NCBI GenBank assembly: GCA_963826525.1
Contig: CAWGXH010000004.1
Coordinates: 960,001 to 1,024,000, forward strand
DNA: 64,000 nucleotides
Direction of reading: 5' to 3'
Source of the DNA: an uncultured Methanomicrobiaceae archaeon
GTDB taxonomy: Archaea; Halobacteriota; Methanomicrobia; Methanomicrobiales; Methanoculleaceae
Part shown: one piece after another, positions 63,790-64,000 of the stretch
Layout of the letters: the number at the start of each line of letters is the position of its first letter
Position numbering within the stretch: the first letter of the stretch is position 1
Translations under genes and position numbers: made by a program
Notes under the pieces: model-generated
Seen by the model: the letters and a program-made list of their open reading frames with translations, nothing else
Told to the model about the DNA's origin: nothing
Databases searched by the model: none

Positions 63790-64000
63790 GCCGATCCGTC
63801 GACTCTTTTTTCCGCAAACCCGGATGCCGGTCAGGAGCCTCCGGAAGATGCGAATCCCGGTTATCTCATCCCGCATGCCGTCCCCGGCCGATGTCCCGGC
63901 GATATTCAACCGGTTGACTGAGGTCTCCGACCCAAATTATTATGTCCTCGAACAGGTACATGCCCCCGCGTACGTGAGCGAGCATCGCTGTCGGAAGGGA

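Overview
GC-rich chromosomal window from a methanogenic archaeon, most consistent with Methanomicrobiales (Methanoculleus-like), judged from gene content. It carries a six-gene Ech hydrogenase operon (echABCDEF, 9.3-14.4 kb), a formylmethanofuran dehydrogenase operon fwd/fmdDBAC followed by two moeA genes (18.8-25.7 kb), dinB, a bacterial-type RNase III, and an MsvR-type redox regulator divergent from a ferritin/rubrerythrin-like gene. It also has many transporters (Ca/Na antiporter, SLC13, NSS, ABC, MATE, aquaporin), tRNA-Thr(CGT), tRNA-Gly(CCC), a solo Cas4-like gene, an IS1634 remnant, and the rps15-DHH-pcc1-serS(methanogen type)-rps3ae operon. About 20 genes, including core ones such as fwdA, fwdD and echB, are broken by 1-bp indels, which points to sequencing or assembly error, so most pseudogene calls are provisional. 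No CRISPR array or intact mobile element was seen. The main unexplained signals are: (1) a hairpin-dense ~270-nt leader upstream of fwdD, a candidate cis-regulatory RNA; (2) a 20-bp palindromic operator repeated before three adjacent transcription units around an XRE regulator and a DUF2178-like gene; (3) two paralogous divergent DEDDh-like nucleases with a shared insertion, one next to an RNase III carrying Asn at its catalytic Asp; (4) a three-way-junction leader before rps15; (5) a structured noncoding stretch after a stand-alone HNH nuclease. All family assignments come from reading motifs, not from database searches.
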